Origin: Albugo candida
Lineage: Eukaryota
Length of the DNA stretch: 64,000 nucleotides
Direction of reading: 5' to 3'
NCBI GenBank assembly: GCA_040437565.1
Contig: JBDOQK010000043.1
Location: 248,001 to 312,000, forward strand
Part shown: piece after piece, positions 61,910 through 64,000 of the stretch
How the letters are laid out: each line of letters starts with the position of its first letter
Numbering within the stretch: the first letter of the stretch is position 1
Program-made: the position numbers and the translations under genes
The notes under the pieces: model-generated
What the model was told of the DNA's origin: nothing
What the model saw: the letters and a program-made list of their open reading frames with translations, nothing else
Databases searched by the model: none

Positions 61910-62639
61910 GCTAGGATCGCTATTTCTTGCTGATCATAAGACAATATATATAATTGTGCTTCAAGTCAAGGTCTAATACGCAAAGGTCAAGATAACAGAC
62001 TGGACTCTTCGATATATTACACTGCCTTGTCACGCAATCTATATACTAAAGGGGGAAGTGTATTTAGCGAAAACATGCCTCCTTCATCCGTCCTTTGACT
62101 CAATTCGACCTACTCACCACAATTCACTTATCCTTGTACGAGTTATTTACCTTTAGAGCACATAGGACGACGCAATTGACTGAGCACTGCCCGCCGTTAT
62201 TCTTCAAATGCATTCGATTTGAGATACATTGAGTTGGTTCCAGCTAATCTCGCTTGGAACTATCACGTAATCAAGTAAGTTTTACGATTCTATCGCTCTT
62301 GATTTGCGAATAAAACCTATTGCTGCTATCTTCGCATACCTCACAAAATCAGCATCAAGTGCGTCATGACGTGCACCATTGCGTAAACAAGTTATTGGGA
62401 TGAAAATCAGTCATCCAGCTGCAGCCGCATCATCTACCGCCTATTTTTTGGGGGGAGGTCAGAGTGTATCAGTACCTATATCTAAAATTGGGGCTAAAAT
62501 GTCACGCAATCCGTACTCGATAAGAAGGTCAATAAATGCAGCTTATCGCTCAAGTCCGCACTCGTGGGGTTCAAAAACCAATTTGAGATGCTCATACACA
62601 ATAGCGCATTTAGTATTCTCTTCCGGAACCAATGACATA

Positions 62640-64000
62640 AATCGCTCTACGATGGAGAAAAGCAATGACGAAATCCAGCCTGACTACTTGCAAATTTTCT
62701 GGAAAGTTGCGGATCATACTGCGTCTGAGCGGACTTGTTCGGCCCACGACCCCAACACATCCATAAAATCTCTCTCAGACGCTGTAACGCAAGAAAAAAG
62801 CTCCAACTGACACTCAAACGCCTCATTCGCAACCTGTCTTTTTGTCGAGATGCTGCTCGACAAGGCTTTAGTGTAGCTCTTGCGAGTCTCTTGCAGTCTT
62901 TACCACAACGCGAGCTACAAGAAACGATCAATTAACTGAATGAATCCCTGCGAATACGCCTTCTATGGAGAGTATGAACAACGAGATAATCAATCTGTTC
63001 AGAGTTTTGATGCTATGGCCATTTATACATCCAAACGACTCAGTGTGAAATCTGAAGATGCAGCAAAGTACCTTCCACTGTTGATTCTAAAGCTCATTGA
63101 TATCTCTTGATAGAAAAATTGGATCCGTGAGATTTGTTATGAATGCATTCTGAGATTACTGCCTCAAGTTACGGAAGATATCTTCTTAGAAGCTCTTATA
63201 GAGCCTCTGAGCTCTTATTACGTGCTTCATGGGAAGAGTATGAGCCCGAACAGCTCCAACTGCTTCTTGGAGTGTATCACTACGTTGAGACCAATACCCT
63301 GACCGAAAACGAATTTATCACTCCTATATTCAACAAGAAGAAGCCGTTGCTCACTGCTACTAACGTAAAGCTTTTTTCAAAGGCATTCAAAGCGTCTTCC
63401 TCATGCTATCCGCGGATACATTCGTTATGGTACGGGCTTTTGGCAGCATTGCTGTCTCAGGATGACGATAAAACTCCTCAATCCTTCACTTTGTTTGAAG
63501 ACGTTTGGAAAGCACTGGTGGATGATCTATTGCTCGAGAATGAGCATACGACACATGAGCGCAAGGGACTGGTTTTCAAGCTTTTTGAACTGATTCTTAC
63601 AAAAGTCCCGGCCACGGTACTACACGGAACCATCCTAAGCCACAAATTGGTCACATGTTTGTGTAACAACGCACTCAAACCCTCCAATTACCTCCATGCA
63701 GCTGCAAAGCATTGTTTCCGAATTTATTTGCAAGCAGCTTGCCAGCTGAATTCATCCGTTTTTTGGAACAACAGATACTGTATCCGTCCAAACTTGCAGC
63801 GACCTTGGAAGCAAAACCATACGATTCAACGATGGACAAGGAGGCACATCTCACGAATTTGCTTGAGATCGAAGAAGAGCGCGATTTTGCCCAAGATTTG
63901 GAGAAAAGAGTACATCACATTCGAGTATGGGCACTCGATCAATTAATTCAAATTGTTTCTCAAGACATTCTCAAGCACGACAAAAACGATATGGAATCAA
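62640..64000 (+). pseudogene. Recent Pol5/MYBBP1A pseudogene (runs off the window)
   Basis: Near-identical to 56340-57690 but with frameshifts (~62800, ~62960, ~63725) and TGA TAG at ~63108. Confidence 0.85.

Noticed and set aside
62379-62810. 143 aa ORF
   Set aside because: Non-ATG start running into the frameshifted 5' end of the Pol5 pseudogene.

Overview
Eukaryotic scaffold of moderate GC, with short GT-AG introns and several 100-N gaps. It is most likely from an oomycete white-rust pathogen (Albugo): it carries CxxCxxxxxG (CCG)-type secreted effector genes, elicitin-like genes and oomycete Inr/FPR promoter motifs. A compact housekeeping island at 44.8-51.8 kb holds ORC6, an SPX-EXS phosphate exporter, a Fes1/HspBP1 factor, an LYR protein, ClpP and RPS8. 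The rest of the window is mostly repeated, decaying copies of one ~8-10 kb cassette: CCG effector, orphan gene X, Pol5/MYBBP1A, conserved block A, secreted pepsin-like pseudo-protease, small secreted Cys protein, often followed by a GPI-anchored elicitin-like gene. About four copies lie in tandem over 0.5-44.4 kb. An inverted copy with the only apparently intact Pol5 lies at 52.5-61.9 kb. Two decayed Ty3/Gypsy elements were co-duplicated with a ~570 bp fold-back hairpin made from the pseudo-protease gene, and the arms of that hairpin show concerted changes. Three exact duplications flanking N gaps are assembly artefacts. All homologies were judged by eye, without database searches, so pseudogene boundaries are approximate.
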